From the NCBI GenBank assembly GCA_964291315.2, contig OZ219753.1, forward strand, positions 416,001 through 480,000: DNA of 64,000 nucleotides, written 5' to 3'. This DNA comes from Candidatus Poribacteria bacterium (lineage in GTDB: Bacteria > Poribacteria > WGA-4E > WGA-3G). Both the position numbers and the translations under genes were made by a program. Below the pieces are notes generated by a model. That model saw only the letters and a list, made by a program, of their open reading frames with translations, made no database searches and was not told the DNA's origin. This document shows, piece by piece, positions 52,923 to 64,000 of the stretch (position 1 is the stretch's first letter; each line of letters starts with the position of its first letter).

Positions 52923-55124
52923 TTGACCGATAACTTGTTAGGATCTCTGAACGATGTCCAGCGCGAGGCAGTCCAACACACCGACGGACCGCTCCTCATC
53001 TTGTCTGGGGCAGGCAGCGGCAAAACGCGCGTCATCACACACCGGATCGCTTATCTAATCAAACATCACGATGTTTCACCCTTCCATATTCTCGCCGTGA
53101 CTTTTACAAACAAGGCAGCAAATGAGATGAAGCAACGCTTGGATGGACTTATAGAAGGCAGTGTCAGCCAAAACCTCTGGGTATCCACTTTCCATGCGAC
53201 ATGTGCTCGCGTCCTTCGGCGAAATATTGAGAAATTGGACGCGCGGATAGAGACTGAAAACGCATCCGAAACCAGAAACCACGCGTACACCCGCTACTTT
53301 ACTATTTTCGATACAGGTGAACAGGCCACCGCCGTCAAAGATGTACTCCGACAGCTCAACTATAGCGATAAAAACTTCAACCCACACGCTATCCTTAGCC
53401 ACATCAGTCGCGCCAAAAATGAGTCTATCTCACCGGACACATTCCAAAAGGAGGCGGACGGCTATTTTGACAACGTGGTTGCAGAAGTCTATGCTCTTTA
53501 CCAAGACACGCTAAGTCTCAACAATGCCCTTGATTTTGATGACCTACTGCTCTTTACTGTTCAGCTCTTGCGTGAAAACACCGAGGTGCGTCAATACTAT
53601 CAGGACAAGTTCGAGTATATTCTCGTTGACGAATATCAGGATACCAACCGGTGTCAGTATGAACTTGTGCGTCTGCTGACTAGCACGAAACAGAACATCT
53701 GTGTTGTCGGGGATGACGACCAATCCATCTATGCTTTTCGCGGTGCCGACATCAGAAATATCCTCGATTTTGAGAAGGATTACCCGGGAACTCATGTCCT
53801 CCGCTTAGAACAAAACTATCGATCCACTCAAAATATCCTAGATGCAGCCTGGGGCGTTGTACACAACAACAGAGAGCGAAAGTCCAAAAAACTCTGGACA
53901 GAAAATGACATCGGTGAACTTGTTACCTGCTATGAGGCGGTCGACGAAAATGATGAGGCAGGTTACGTCGGAAATCAAATCTCGGATTGGCATAACGAGG
54001 GGGTTGATTACAAGGACTTTGCGATCTTCTACCGAACCAACGCCCAGTCTCGAATCTTTGAAGAAGCCCTTCGAGCTGCGAACATTCCGTATCAAATTGT
54101 CGGCGGGGTCGGCTTCTATGATCGCATGGAAGTTAAGGACCTCCTCGCCTATCTCCGTGTGATTTCTAATCCGAGCGACTCTATGAGCCTTCGACGTATC
54201 ATAAACGTGCCGAGCCGCGGCATTGGAAGTACCACGCTTCAAAGACTGATCGATTTTGCCGTACGGAAAAATATAACGCTTTTTGATGCAGTTCAGAGTG
54301 TTAATGAAATTTCCACAATTAACCGTGGTATTCAAGCGAAGGTTCAACGTTTTGCCGAGATTTTTGATCACTTCGACGCAACTGTAATGCCCGTGGATGC
54401 CCTCGACTATGTTCTAAAGGCAACAGGCTATCTCAAAAGTTTGAAGCAGCAGAATACAATCGAGGCGCAAAATCGAGTTGAGAACATTGAAGAACTCATT
54501 AACGCTGTTATCGAGTATCAACAAAACTACGCCGATCCGACACTATCGGACTATTTGGAAAATGTCGCTCTTACCACGGATATAGATCAAATGGAAACAG
54601 ACGCTACCGATCTGGTGACGTTGATGACTTTGCACAGTGCGAAGGGGCTAGAATTTCCGTTCGTTTTCATTGTCGGTATGGAAGAAGGTTATCTACCACA
54701 TCGACGCTCTCTCGATAGCCAGGTGGAATTAGAGGAAGAACGGAGACTCTGCTACGTTGGGATCACACGCACAATGGAGCAGCTATATCTGTTACACGCC
54801 AAGTCGAGGCGGACGTTCCGAGAGATAGAATATCGCACCCCATCTCGTTTTATCTATGAAATTCCAGAGCATCTCATCAAGCATGTTGATCGGTACCGCT
54901 CTCTATTTCATGAAAAAAGCGACTTATATGACGTGGTCTCTGAAGAGGGTTTATCAGATTACTATGTCGACCAGATCGTTCTCCACCCGACCTTCGGCAG
55001 AGGTAAAATAACAAGGGTTAATGAAACTGGACACGACATTTATATTACCGTTCGATTTAGTCGGGCCGGCACAAAGCGGCTCTCGGTTTCGGTTGCACCC
55101 TTACAAACAGTATCCGATTCATAA
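52923..55124 (+). CDS. pcrA: ATP-dependent DNA helicase PcrA/UvrD (TTG start)
   Basis: GAGSGKT, DEYQD, GDDDQSIY.FRGA, LEQNYRS, TLHSAKGLEF, C-terminal Tudor-like V.HP.FG.G. Confidence 0.96.
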   Translation: MTDNLLGSLNDVQREAVQHTDGPLLILSGAGSGKTRVITHRIAYLIKHHDVSPFHILAVTFTNKAANEMKQRLDGLIEGSVSQNLWVSTFHATCARVLRRNIEKLDARIETENASETRNHAYTRYFTIFDTGEQATAVKDVLRQLNYSDKNFNPHAILSHISRAKNESISPDTFQKEADGYFDNVVAEVYALYQDTLSLNNALDFDDLLLFTVQLLRENTEVRQYYQDKFEYILVDEYQDTNRCQYELVRLLTSTKQNICVVGDDDQSIYAFRGADIRNILDFEKDYPGTHVLRLEQNYRSTQNILDAAWGVVHNNRERKSKKLWTENDIGELVTCYEAVDENDEAGYVGNQISDWHNEGVDYKDFAIFYRTNAQSRIFEEALRAANIPYQIVGGVGFYDRMEVKDLLAYLRVISNPSDSMSLRRIINVPSRGIGSTTLQRLIDFAVRKNITLFDAVQSVNEISTINRGIQAKVQRFAEIFDHFDATVMPVDALDYVLKATGYLKSLKQQNTIEAQNRVENIEELINAVIEYQQNYADPTLSDYLENVALTTDIDQMETDATDLVTLMTLHSAKGLEFPFVFIVGMEEGYLPHRRSLDSQVELEEERRLCYVGITRTMEQLYLLHAKSRRTFREIEYRTPSRFIYEIPEHLIKHVDRYRSLFHEKSDLYDVVSEEGLSDYYVDQIVLHPTFGRGKITRVNETGHDIYITVRFSRAGTKRLSVSVAPLQTVSDS

Positions 55125-55140
55125 GGAGACGGAATAAAAA

Positions 55141-55473
55141 ATGGCAACAATTACCGCTGCAGGCGTTCGCCATGTCGCAAATCTTGCACGCCTTGAGTTT
55201 AATGACGAAGAAACAGGGCAGTTCACCGATCAGCTCGCCAGAATCTTTGACTATATCGGAAAGTTGAATGAATTGGACACAGATGATGTACCGCCAACAT
55301 CGCACATCCATCCGCACCAGGTCGTTATTATGAGTTCAAAAACTCAAACGCCTCATGTCGCTAAACAGGATGTTGTCAAATCCTCCTATCCGCGCCAAGA
55401 AGTACTTGCAAACGCGCCTGAAGCTGAAGACGGATATTTCGGAGTTCCGAGAGTGGTTGATCGCAGTCACTAA
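55141..55473 (+). CDS. gatC: Asp/Glu-tRNA amidotransferase subunit C
   Basis: V.HVA.LARL, L.ELDT..V.PT.H, LANAP...DGYF.VP.V. Confidence 0.93.
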   Translation: MATITAAGVRHVANLARLEFNDEETGQFTDQLARIFDYIGKLNELDTDDVPPTSHIHPHQVVIMSSKTQTPHVAKQDVVKSSYPRQEVLANAPEAEDGYFGVPRVVDRSH

Positions 55474-55503
55474 CGCTAAACTTCGTTAAAGGAGAATGAC
55501 GAA

Positions 55504-56988
55504 ATGTCGCTTTATGAACTGACCGCACATACGCTACATGAAAAACTCAAAGCCCGGGAGATTACTGCTGTCCAACTGGTCGAATCTGTCTATGAGCGTA
55601 TTGACGCTGTCGAACCCCACGTCAAAGGTTATCTGACACTCACCAAAGAGATCGCCTTGGAACAGGCAGGGCATGCTGATGCGGGGTTTCAAAAAGGGAA
55701 AGATATGCCGCCTCTCGCGGGCATCCCCATCGCTGTTAAAGATGTAATATGTACTAAAGGTGTGCGCACTACTTGTGCTTCTAAGATCCTGGAAACCTTT
55801 GTCCCACCGTACGACGCGACCGTCATGACCAAACTCCACAAACAAGGAGTCGTTGTGCTCGGTAAAACGAATATGGACGAATTTGCTATGGGGTCATCTA
55901 CCGAGAATTCGGCGTATCAGATTACGCGTAACCCGTGGAACTTGGACACCATCCCCGGCGGCTCAAGTGGTGGTTCTGCTGCTGTTGTATCTGCTGATAC
56001 GGCTATTTGTGCCCTCGGTTCAGACACGGGCGGGTCAATTCGCCAACCCGCGGCGCTCTGTGGAGTCGTCGGCATGAAGCCGACATACGGACGAGTTTCC
56101 CGCTACGGTTTGGTGGCTTTTGCCTCCTCGCTCGACCAGATTGGACCCCTTACAAAAGACGTGACCGATTGTGCTCTTCTACTCAACGCTATCTGTGGAA
56201 GCGATATCATGGATGCAACCTCTGTTAATGTGCCTGTACCTGATTTCACACAGAGTCTTATCAACGATGTGAAAGGCATGAAAATTGGTATACCGAAAGA
56301 ATATTTCACACCGATGTTGGATGCCGAAGTCGCACACTGCGTCCACACTGCTATTGCTGTACTTCAACAACTTGGCGCATCGGTTGAGGAAATCTCTTTG
56401 CCACACACTGAGTATGCCATTGCAACATACTACATTATCGCACCCGCGGAGGCCAGCGCGAATCTCGCTAGGTACGACGGAGTTCGCTACGGATACCGAA
56501 ACGAGGACACAGAAGACCTGATTACAATGTATAAGAAGACGCGCAGCAGAGGGTTCGGTGAAGAGGTGAAACGCAGAATTATGCTCGGTACTTTCGCCCT
56601 GAGTACCGGTTACCAAGATGCCTATTATAAAAAAGCGCAAAAAGTACGGACGCTCATCAGATCTGATTTTGAGTCCGCATTTGAGAAGGTTGATGTTATC
56701 GCAACGCCGACTTCGCCTACACCTGCATTCAAAATAGGCGAGCGGACTGCAGATCCCTTGCAAATGTATCTTTGCGATGTGATGACAACACCCGCTAGCC
56801 ATGCAGGGTTGCCCGGTATCTCTATTCCATGCGGTCTCGTACAAACGGGGTTGCCAATCGGTTTGCAACTTCTTGGGGCCGCTTTTGAAGAAGAGAAAGT
56901 TTTGCGCGTCGCCTATACTTTCGAACAGAATACCGAACACCACCTGCAACAACCACACATCGAGACGAATGGAGTTGTTTTATCATGA
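55504..56988 (+). CDS. gatA: Asp/Glu-tRNA amidotransferase subunit A
   Basis: [44 protein letters not shown]. Confidence 0.97.
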   Translation: MSLYELTAHTLHEKLKAREITAVQLVESVYERIDAVEPHVKGYLTLTKEIALEQAGHADAGFQKGKDMPPLAGIPIAVKDVICTKGVRTTCASKILETFVPPYDATVMTKLHKQGVVVLGKTNMDEFAMGSSTENSAYQITRNPWNLDTIPGGSSGGSAAVVSADTAICALGSDTGGSIRQPAALCGVVGMKPTYGRVSRYGLVAFASSLDQIGPLTKDVTDCALLLNAICGSDIMDATSVNVPVPDFTQSLINDVKGMKIGIPKEYFTPMLDAEVAHCVHTAIAVLQQLGASVEEISLPHTEYAIATYYIIAPAEASANLARYDGVRYGYRNEDTEDLITMYKKTRSRGFGEEVKRRIMLGTFALSTGYQDAYYKKAQKVRTLIRSDFESAFEKVDVIATPTSPTPAFKIGERTADPLQMYLCDVMTTPASHAGLPGISIPCGLVQTGLPIGLQLLGAAFEEEKVLRVAYTFEQNTEHHLQQPHIETNGVVLS

Positions 56989-57464
56989 ACGCTGTAATCG
57001 CTCCATTTGGTGGACTTCTCGGGGCAGTAATAGGCGGAGTGCTTTGGGCAAAGTATATTCAGTGGACAGGACACACCGCTGGTTTTATTGCTATCGGTAT
57101 CGGCTTGCTCACTGGACTATCCATACTTCTTACAAGCACTCGAATCCTATCGAGCGATGCTAAAACGATGTGGTACCTCGTCTCTATTGCTGCCGCGCTT
57201 TTCGCAATACTCGGTATCTTTATCGGGAAATATCTAGATGTGCAGTGGAATGCAATTTCACAAATTGCCGAGCAGCTCCGCGAGGAGAACAATATATCTT
57301 TGGAACAAGCTATGCCTATTGCCACAACCCTATTTAAAGGGCAGTCGGTCTGGGAATTGATGCAGTCACGAATGAGTCGCATCGATCTACTTTACGCAAC
57401 GGTTGCTGCCGTTATAGCTTTTCGTATTCCAAGTATTAGAATGCTGCGAAACTATTTTTATTAA
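56985..57464 (+). CDS. Hypothetical membrane protein
   Basis: Gly-rich TM helices; 4-bp overlap with the gatA stop. Confidence 0.75.
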   Translation: MNAVIAPFGGLLGAVIGGVLWAKYIQWTGHTAGFIAIGIGLLTGLSILLTSTRILSSDAKTMWYLVSIAAALFAILGIFIGKYLDVQWNAISQIAEQLREENNISLEQAMPIATTLFKGQSVWELMQSRMSRIDLLYATVAAVIAFRIPSIRMLRNYFY

Positions 57465-57585
57465 TCAGACTTTACGGACTAAAAACTAGTAGGTATGGTT
57501 TGTAACCGCACCGATCCCGTGGGAGCACGTGTCTATCTATACCATAGCAAGATAGAGACCTTGACTCAATTTTACGCAAGTCCTG
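57465..57585. repeat. Degenerate MITE/REP-like intergenic element
   Basis: Ends cagactttacg...cgcaagtcctg; internal GTAG-led hairpin ggtatggtt-tgt-aaccgcacc. Confidence 0.45.
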
Positions 57586-57691
57586 CTAATTGCAGCTTAC
57601 GCAAATCACACTTATTTCTAGGCGCTGTCTGTGCAATTTATGAAGCAACACACTTCTTAAGCATATTCACGGCCTAACAGAGGAAATAACC

Positions 57692-59122
57692 ATGAAAAAT
57701 TTGATAACACGTTTTGAAAATCGACGCGCTGCGTTAAAAAACTGCCTTTGCATTTTTTTATCTATATGCCTTATCTGTGCCTTTTTACCACTTGGTTGGA
57801 GTGTGGAAGAGAAAGATGACAAACTCATCGAAAATCTTGCACTCTTCTCACAGGTCCTAGCTTATGTCAAGCAGTATCATCTCGATACACCAGATACGAA
57901 AGAACTCATGGAAGGTGCTATCCAAGGCATGCTTAGAAAGTTAGACCCATACAACCAATTGATTCAAGACTATTCCAAGTTTCGGACCGATAACCGGGGC
58001 AATTATGGCGGACTAGGAATGAGTGTCGGTATTCGGGAAGATATGCTCACTGTGATTACCCCTTTTAAGGATCGTCCGGCAGCATTAGCTGGCGTACAGA
58101 ACGGCGATATCATCAGCCATATTGAAGGCGAATCAACCGCAGTCATGTCATTGACCGAGGCAGTGGATCAGTTACGAGGCGAACCCGGAGCACCAATCTC
58201 TCTCACAATCATTCGTCAAAACGAAAACCGACCTATTGAGGTTACCGTTACGCGTGAAGTGATTCGGATTCCGAGTGTGGAAACCGATATTATCGGAGAT
58301 AAGATCGGCTACATTAAAATCAATCAATTTCTTCAGACTACAGCTTATGACGTAGATAAAGCTTTCGTTGATTTTAAGAAACACAATATCCGTGGGGTTA
58401 TCCTTGATCTCCGTCTAAACCCGGGCGGGGTGCTCTCTTCAGCTGTTGATATTGCTAGCGATTTTCTCAAACCCGGTCAACTCGTCGTTTATAGTAAAGG
58501 GATTGAGAGTCGCGAGGATTTTGTGGCAAAAGGTGAGGAAAGGGAGGACTTCCCTCTGATCGTCCTTGTCAATGGCGGTAGCGCGAGCGCCTCTGAGATC
58601 GTCGCGGGTGCTGTCAAAGACCACAGACGGGGCATCGTTATGGGGAATAAAACCTTCGGAAAAGCGTCTGTCCAACGTGTGTTTCCCCTTGAAGATTCAA
58701 AATCTGCTGTGAAAATAACTGTCGCGCGCTACTATACACCTAAAGGTGTGGATATCAACAAAATCGGTATCATCCCTGACGTTGAATCACCATGGTTTAG
58801 TCGTTCCGAACAGCAGATGCATCTCAAACTCCGAGGCCACGAAAAACTCAAAACTTTCATAGCTGAAAATGGGGAAGATGTTTTGGATCGACTTGCTGCC
58901 GCCTCTCATGCGTCTCGTGACGACAAACAGGCAACAAAACTGCTGCGGAGTTACCAACGCCTGGTAGATGCACTCATTGAAGAACAGATTGTGCTTAGTG
59001 ATATCGGGATTAAATACGCGCTTGCACAGATTACTGAGATCTCGCGCGATGAACTCGAACACGACCCACAGATCGTTGCTGCTATGGAACAATTGAAGGT
59101 GCTTGAACTCTTCGCAAAATGA
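57692..59122 (+). CDS. ctpA: S41-family carboxyl-terminal processing protease with PDZ domain
   Basis: LDPY, GGLG, DLR.NPGG, SASASEI, TFGKA.VQ, RYYTP.G. Confidence 0.93.
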   Translation: MKNLITRFENRRAALKNCLCIFLSICLICAFLPLGWSVEEKDDKLIENLALFSQVLAYVKQYHLDTPDTKELMEGAIQGMLRKLDPYNQLIQDYSKFRTDNRGNYGGLGMSVGIREDMLTVITPFKDRPAALAGVQNGDIISHIEGESTAVMSLTEAVDQLRGEPGAPISLTIIRQNENRPIEVTVTREVIRIPSVETDIIGDKIGYIKINQFLQTTAYDVDKAFVDFKKHNIRGVILDLRLNPGGVLSSAVDIASDFLKPGQLVVYSKGIESREDFVAKGEEREDFPLIVLVNGGSASASEIVAGAVKDHRRGIVMGNKTFGKASVQRVFPLEDSKSAVKITVARYYTPKGVDINKIGIIPDVESPWFSRSEQQMHLKLRGHEKLKTFIAENGEDVLDRLAAASHASRDDKQATKLLRSYQRLVDALIEEQIVLSDIGIKYALAQITEISRDELEHDPQIVAAMEQLKVLELFAK

Positions 59123-59173
59123 AACTAATCTAGCACGAACTGTTAATTTGTAGACTCTAAAGGACAAAATCTG

Positions 59174-60673
59174 ATGCCTGACGCGAATCTTCTTAAAACT
59201 GGATCGCAGGTTGTGCCGGAAGTCCAAACGCCACTCCTAAACTACATTGACAACACATGGCAACAGTCTAATACGCACAAACTGCTTGACGTTACAAATC
59301 CTGCAACCGGAGAAGTACTCACCCAAGTGCCGCTTTCACTTGCAGAGGAGGTTGACCAAGCCGCTGCTGCCGCTGCTGCTGCACTCTACCAATGGCGACG
59401 GACACCATCTGTTCAACGGGTTCAATATCTGTTCAGGTTGAAAAACCTCTTAGAAGAGCAGGTAGACGACATCGCAAAAACCATTACGCTTGAGTGTGGT
59501 AAAACGTTGGATGAAGCAAAAGGTGAAATGCGCCGTGCTATCGAGAACGTTGAGGTCGCATGCGGTATTCCAACGCTCATGCAAGGCACGAATCTTGAGG
59601 ACATCGCAACCGGCATCGATGAATTCATGCTCCGTCAACCCGTGGGGGTCTGTGCTGCTATTGCACCTTTCAACTTTCCAGGGATGATTACCTTCTGGTT
59701 TCTTCCGTATGCCATCGCTTGTGGCAACACCTACATCGTCAAACCTTCCGAGAAAGTACCAGTCACAATGCAAAAGGTGTTCCAGCTCTTGGAACAAACT
59801 GGACTCCCGAAAGGCGTTGTGAACCTAGTCAACGGAGGTGCGGACACTGTAAATGCTCTCTTAACGCATCCGGAGGTGCATGCGATTAGCTTTGTGGGCG
59901 CAACTGCAACTGCAAAAGCCATCTATGCAAAGGCTGCTGCGAACGGTAAACGCGTCCAGTGCCAAGGCGGTGCCAAAAATCCACTCATAATTCTACCAGA
60001 TGCCGAACCGCAGTTTACTGTTAATGCCGCGACTGAGAGTGCCTTTGGGTGTGCCGGACAGCGCTGTCTTGCCGCATCACTTGCATTTACTGTGGGTGAG
60101 GCACACCACTGGTTCCAAGAAGCTATCGCCGACACTGCCATCGACCGCATCGTCGGAAACGGTTTGCAGGAAGGTGTCGAAATGGGGCCCGTCATCACCC
60201 CCGAAAGCAAAACCCGGATTGAGCGATTGATTCAAACAGGCTCTGATGAAGGCGCGAGAATTCTTGTTGACGGTAGGTATCCAAGCATCTCCGGCGGGGA
60301 AAAAGGAAATTTTATCCGTCCCACCGTTCTTAGTAATCTTGACCCACACAGCGAAATTGCTAGCACTGAAATCTTCGGCCCCGTTCTAGGACTCATCCAT
60401 GTCGAGACTATCGACGACGCAATCGCACTTGTCAATGGTGGACGTTACGGAAACATGGCATGCCTCTTTACAAGTAGTGGTGCCTCTGCTCGCAAGTTTC
60501 GTTATGAAGCAGAGATCGGAAACATCGGTATTAATATCAGTGTAGCTGCCCCGATGGCGTTCTTCCCATTCAGCGGGTGGAAAGATAGTTTCTTCGGCGA
60601 TCTGCATGGTCAGAGTTGGGATGCTGTGGACTTTTTCACCCAAAAGAAAGTTGTGGTTGAACGTTGGATGTAG
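59174..60673 (+). CDS. mmsA: CoA-acylating methylmalonate-semialdehyde dehydrogenase (MmsA/IolA)
   Basis: [44 protein letters not shown]. Confidence 0.93.
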   Translation: MPDANLLKTGSQVVPEVQTPLLNYIDNTWQQSNTHKLLDVTNPATGEVLTQVPLSLAEEVDQAAAAAAAALYQWRRTPSVQRVQYLFRLKNLLEEQVDDIAKTITLECGKTLDEAKGEMRRAIENVEVACGIPTLMQGTNLEDIATGIDEFMLRQPVGVCAAIAPFNFPGMITFWFLPYAIACGNTYIVKPSEKVPVTMQKVFQLLEQTGLPKGVVNLVNGGADTVNALLTHPEVHAISFVGATATAKAIYAKAAANGKRVQCQGGAKNPLIILPDAEPQFTVNAATESAFGCAGQRCLAASLAFTVGEAHHWFQEAIADTAIDRIVGNGLQEGVEMGPVITPESKTRIERLIQTGSDEGARILVDGRYPSISGGEKGNFIRPTVLSNLDPHSEIASTEIFGPVLGLIHVETIDDAIALVNGGRYGNMACLFTSSGASARKFRYEAEIGNIGINISVAAPMAFFPFSGWKDSFFGDLHGQSWDAVDFFTQKKVVVERWM

Positions 60674-60899
60674 CGCTATATAGATTCAAACTTTGTCTTT
60701 ACCTTAGCACCAAAAGCTCAGCGACGATTCACCTCAGGACTTAGTTGTCCGGTAATAAAACCAAATTTTGGTATATTAATTTTAAATTTTCTTTTTTTCG
60801 ACATACTTCACACTGTTGTATGGTAATTTGCTGGAGCACAACAGAACTTTACGTATAATATTCTCTTAACCCCACCTCAGTAGTACGCAGGAGAAAGAC

Positions 60900-61703
60900 G
60901 TGTTTTTTACCGACGAGCAATTCACAATAATTAATGAAAATGTGCTGACAACACGCGATATTAAGGAAAATAGTATTGATCTCATTGTCACTTCCCCGCC
61001 TTATAACGTTGACATAAAATATAACTCGAATGATGATGCCCTTTCTTATGCCGACTATCTTATCTTTTCGGAAAAGTGGTTCACTTGTTGCTTTCATTGG
61101 CTCAAGCCCGATGGACGTTTCTGCCTTAATATCCCTTTGGATAAAAATAAAGGCGGTCAGCAACATGTCGGGGCGGATCTAACTAAACTCGCCACTACTG
61201 TCGGATTCCAATATCACTCTACTATTATCTGGAATGAAGGGAACATCTCCAGAAGGACCGCTTGGGGATCGTGGATGAAAGCATCTGCCCCCTATGTCAT
61301 CGCCCCTGTTGAACTAGTCGTTGTCCTCTACAAGGAGCAGTGGAAAAAAACAAGCGGTAGCGGCCAGTCGGACATGACCAAAGAAGAGTTCATGGAATGG
61401 ACAAATGGCCTCTGGACCTTTCCCGGTGAAAGTAAGAAACGGATAGGACACCCCGCCCCTTTTCCGTTAGAACTTCCACGTCGGTGTATTAAACTTTTTA
61501 GTTATGTTCATGATACGGTACTTGATCCGTTTATGGGGAGTGGTACTACTCTAGTTGCTGCCCACCTGAATAAGCGCCGGGGTATCGGAATCGAAGTTGA
61601 TGAGGGGTACTGCAGACTCGCAAAAGAAAGGGTAAACCAAGCTGCAAATCAATTATCTCTATTTGAAAGAGAGGAGGAAACACATGGCGAGGACAATTCG
61701 TGA
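60900..61703 (+). CDS. Site-specific N4-C/N6-A DNA methyltransferase (beta order)
   Basis: TSPPY precedes HPAPFP and DPFMGSGTT. Confidence 0.93.
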   Translation: MFFTDEQFTIINENVLTTRDIKENSIDLIVTSPPYNVDIKYNSNDDALSYADYLIFSEKWFTCCFHWLKPDGRFCLNIPLDKNKGGQQHVGADLTKLATTVGFQYHSTIIWNEGNISRRTAWGSWMKASAPYVIAPVELVVVLYKEQWKKTSGSGQSDMTKEEFMEWTNGLWTFPGESKKRIGHPAPFPLELPRRCIKLFSYVHDTVLDPFMGSGTTLVAAHLNKRRGIGIEVDEGYCRLAKERVNQAANQLSLFEREEETHGEDNS

Positions 61704-62271
61704 GCTTGTGTTAGAATTTTTTATAAATCATCAGAATGAAGAACTTCCACATGGTCCTGTAGTTGATTGGGTAAGCGAACAGTATCTTCAAGAGCATGAT
61801 AGTCCTCCAAGGGATCCGTGGCGAACCATCAGACAACTTCATCAAGAAGGCAAGCTAGTCAAGGTTCGGCAGGGGATTTACAAGTACGACCCGAATTATC
61901 AACATGAAGCCGTATTATTTGAGTTTTCTCAGCGCGACAGACAAGCCATTTTTGAGCGTGATGGTTATCGTTGTGTGGTCTGCGGGCGTGGGACTGAAGA
62001 TGGTATTACACTGGCCGCTGACCATATCAAACCGAAAGATAAAGGTGGCACAAATACGATTGAAAATGGCCAAACCCTCTGTTACAAACACAATTTGCTC
62101 AAGCGGAACTATTCGCAGACCGAGGCAGGCAAAAGGTATTTTATTAGAATGTACGAAACTGCAGTGAAAAATGGAGACGAAAAAATGATAGCATTTGCCC
62201 AAGCTGTCTTTGACGTTTACGATGCGCATGATGTTAACGGTCATATTAATCGTCCTGACACGGAAAATTGA
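61684..62271 (+). CDS. HNH endonuclease, probable cognate restriction enzyme (start ATG 61684, SD GAGGAGG)
   Basis: RDGYRCVVCG, DHIKP...GG....NGQTLC..HN; overlaps the MTase 3' end. Confidence 0.85.
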   Translation: MARTIRELVLEFFINHQNEELPHGPVVDWVSEQYLQEHDSPPRDPWRTIRQLHQEGKLVKVRQGIYKYDPNYQHEAVLFEFSQRDRQAIFERDGYRCVVCGRGTEDGITLAADHIKPKDKGGTNTIENGQTLCYKHNLLKRNYSQTEAGKRYFIRMYETAVKNGDEKMIAFAQAVFDVYDAHDVNGHINRPDTEN

Positions 62272-62481
62272 CTGAAAGGTAATCAACCGATTGTATTTGT
62301 GAATTCGACACAGTCACTGCAGACTATAGCGTGACTATAAATCTTAAACCTTATTATGCCGCGAATTACTCAAGGATAGCGTAGTAGTGCTGGTGCTCAG
62401 ATAGCTCTGAAATCTAGCATTGTCAGTTCTTACAGATTCAATTAATTTTCATTCTTATGAGGAAAGGATAGATCCTGAATT

Positions 62482-63795
62482 ATGTCCTCGAATAAAATTC
62501 TAGAATGGTTCGACCAGACACCTATTAGCAAAGAATGGTCGTTTGATGGTTGCAAACCATCAGACACAGGGAAATGGACGCACGGTTACCATCGTTATCC
62601 CGCTAAATTTATACCACAGCTTGTTGAACGTTTGATAGACGATTACTTAGCTAACGGTACCGGTAATGTGAACGATCCGTTTATGGGTTGTGGGACAACC
62701 ATTGTTAGTGCAATATCGCGCGGACTGCACGCAAGTGGGACGGACATTAATAAAATTGCTCATTTGATGACCGAAGCAAAATCAACCCCAATTCTACCTG
62801 ACTATCTTGAGGAAAAGGTTAATCGGTTCCTTTCGCAGATTTTGCGTCTCGATGATACAGATGGTTTCCTCCCTGGTAATCATATACAACCGCACATCCC
62901 AGAAAAACATTTGGAGAGAATTGATTATTGGTTTAGAGAAGATATTCGAGACAGATTGGGGAAAATCCTAACCTTAATTCGTGAAGAAACCGATTTGACT
63001 GTTCGATCCTTCCTGCTTGTTGCCTTTAGTCATGTGCTTAAAACGTGTTCAATTTGGAGCCAAGGAAGCACGAAGCCAATACGTGATTCAAAAAAGCGAA
63101 TTACATCCCCTTGTGTAGCTCTCAAAAAACACCTCTTAAAAATGCTAAAAGGGAATGCTGAGTTCTATAATATTGTGCCATCCCGGGTGACAGATCATCT
63201 TGGTAATTATTTAAGAATTGAGGTAGGTTCTGCTAAGGCACAGCCGGTCCCGGACGACAGTGTTGATCTAATTGTCAGTTCGAGTCCATATGTAACCAGT
63301 TACGAATATGCTGACTTGCATCAACTCTCAACGCTCTGGTTAGATCTAGCTGATGATCTTAAAGCGTATAAGAAGGAGTTTATTGGAACATCTTATAAGC
63401 AGTACGAAAATAAGCCGCTATCGAGTCTAATTGCTGCTAATATTGTTGCTGAGATGCTACCGAAAAGCAGGAAAAAATCTAAAGAAATTGAAGCCTTCTT
63501 TTTAGACATGCAGGATGTTTTCAAAGAAAGTTTCAGGGTACTGAGACCCGGCGGTAGGTGTTGCTATGTTATCGGAAACACGAGGTTAAAGGGCGTTGAT
63601 ATATTGAATGCTGAGGTATTTGCAGAATCTTTGCAGGAATCGGGTTTTAGGCTTGATAAACTTATAAAAAGGGAGATTCCTCTGAAAATTCTCCCTCAAA
63701 AAAGAGATGAAAAAACGGGGCGATTTGCCAGCAAGGGCAAGGCTGATTCCGAAGCCTATCCAACAGAATATATTATTATCGGGTTGAAGGAGTAA
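62482..63795 (+). CDS. N4-cytosine-type DNA methyltransferase (alpha order)
   Basis: HGYHRYPAKFIPQL, DPFMGCGT, later SSSPY, RVLRPGG. Confidence 0.88.
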   Translation: MSSNKILEWFDQTPISKEWSFDGCKPSDTGKWTHGYHRYPAKFIPQLVERLIDDYLANGTGNVNDPFMGCGTTIVSAISRGLHASGTDINKIAHLMTEAKSTPILPDYLEEKVNRFLSQILRLDDTDGFLPGNHIQPHIPEKHLERIDYWFREDIRDRLGKILTLIREETDLTVRSFLLVAFSHVLKTCSIWSQGSTKPIRDSKKRITSPCVALKKHLLKMLKGNAEFYNIVPSRVTDHLGNYLRIEVGSAKAQPVPDDSVDLIVSSSPYVTSYEYADLHQLSTLWLDLADDLKAYKKEFIGTSYKQYENKPLSSLIAANIVAEMLPKSRKKSKEIEAFFLDMQDVFKESFRVLRPGGRCCYVIGNTRLKGVDILNAEVFAESLQESGFRLDKLIKREIPLKILPQKRDEKTGRFASKGKADSEAYPTEYIIIGLKE

Positions 63796-63801
63796 ATAGT
63801 T

Positions 63802-64000
63802 GTGAAATTTGAGGATTTAAAGGATATGTACGATAAAGTACGATTGGTAGAAGGGGAAGAGGCCTACAGGTTAGTTTCTTCTCTTCTAGCGGATGCAAAG
63901 GAACATCACAAGCAAGATTTTCTGAGAGGTAAACCTAACGGAGACCATGAACAGAGCTGGAGAGCTTTCAAGGGGAAGAATTTTGAAAAGCTAGTCCAAT
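63802..64000 (+). CDS. Probable type II restriction endonuclease, BsaWI-like (5' part; absent from the ORF track)
   Basis: GTG start with upstream AAGGAG; MKFEDLKDMYD...DHEQSWRAFKGKNFEKLVQ, open to the window end, directly after an MTase. Confidence 0.7.
   Translation, partial: MKFEDLKDMYDKVRLVEGEEAYRLVSSLLADAKEHHKQDFLRGKPNGDHEQSWRAFKGKNFEKLVQ

Overview
A gene-dense bacterial chromosome segment, mostly housekeeping. It carries ligA, a guaB-like gene, tsaC/tsaD, dprA, radA-PIN/TRAM-ispD-ispF-cysS, mlaEFD, rpsF-ssb-rpsR-rplI-dnaB, uvrA, pcrA, gatCA, ctpA and mmsA, plus a two-gene microcompartment locus (BMC-H shell and an encapsulated aldehyde dehydrogenase). The repertoire (BMC, PhyH, Uma2, many restriction-modification genes, degenerate intergenic repeats) suggests Candidatus Poribacteria or a similar symbiont; this is inference only. 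Defence genes are scattered among the core genes: Uma2, MT-A70, GmrSD-like, a type III Mod-like MTase and a terminal R-M cluster. The most striking signal is the Mod-like gene. It is bracketed by a 20-bp direct repeat (tatctatcaaactYacgtta, 44042-44061 and 47121-47140). The same core recurs upstream of another accessory block (992-1007) and inverted at 43889-43902. The gene also shows abrupt C+A to G+T strand-skew switches, an AT-rich central domain and a C8 frameshift tract. Together these suggest a site-specific gene-cassette system, though no recombinase is present in the window. Other notable items are a UvrD helicase with a nested RecJ-like/DEDDh insertion, an IMPDH homolog with an altered catalytic flap, an LDH/MDH pseudo-enzyme, a tandem nucleotidyltransferase and a rod-like RNA candidate. 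No rRNA, tRNA, CRISPR array, transposase or integrase was seen.
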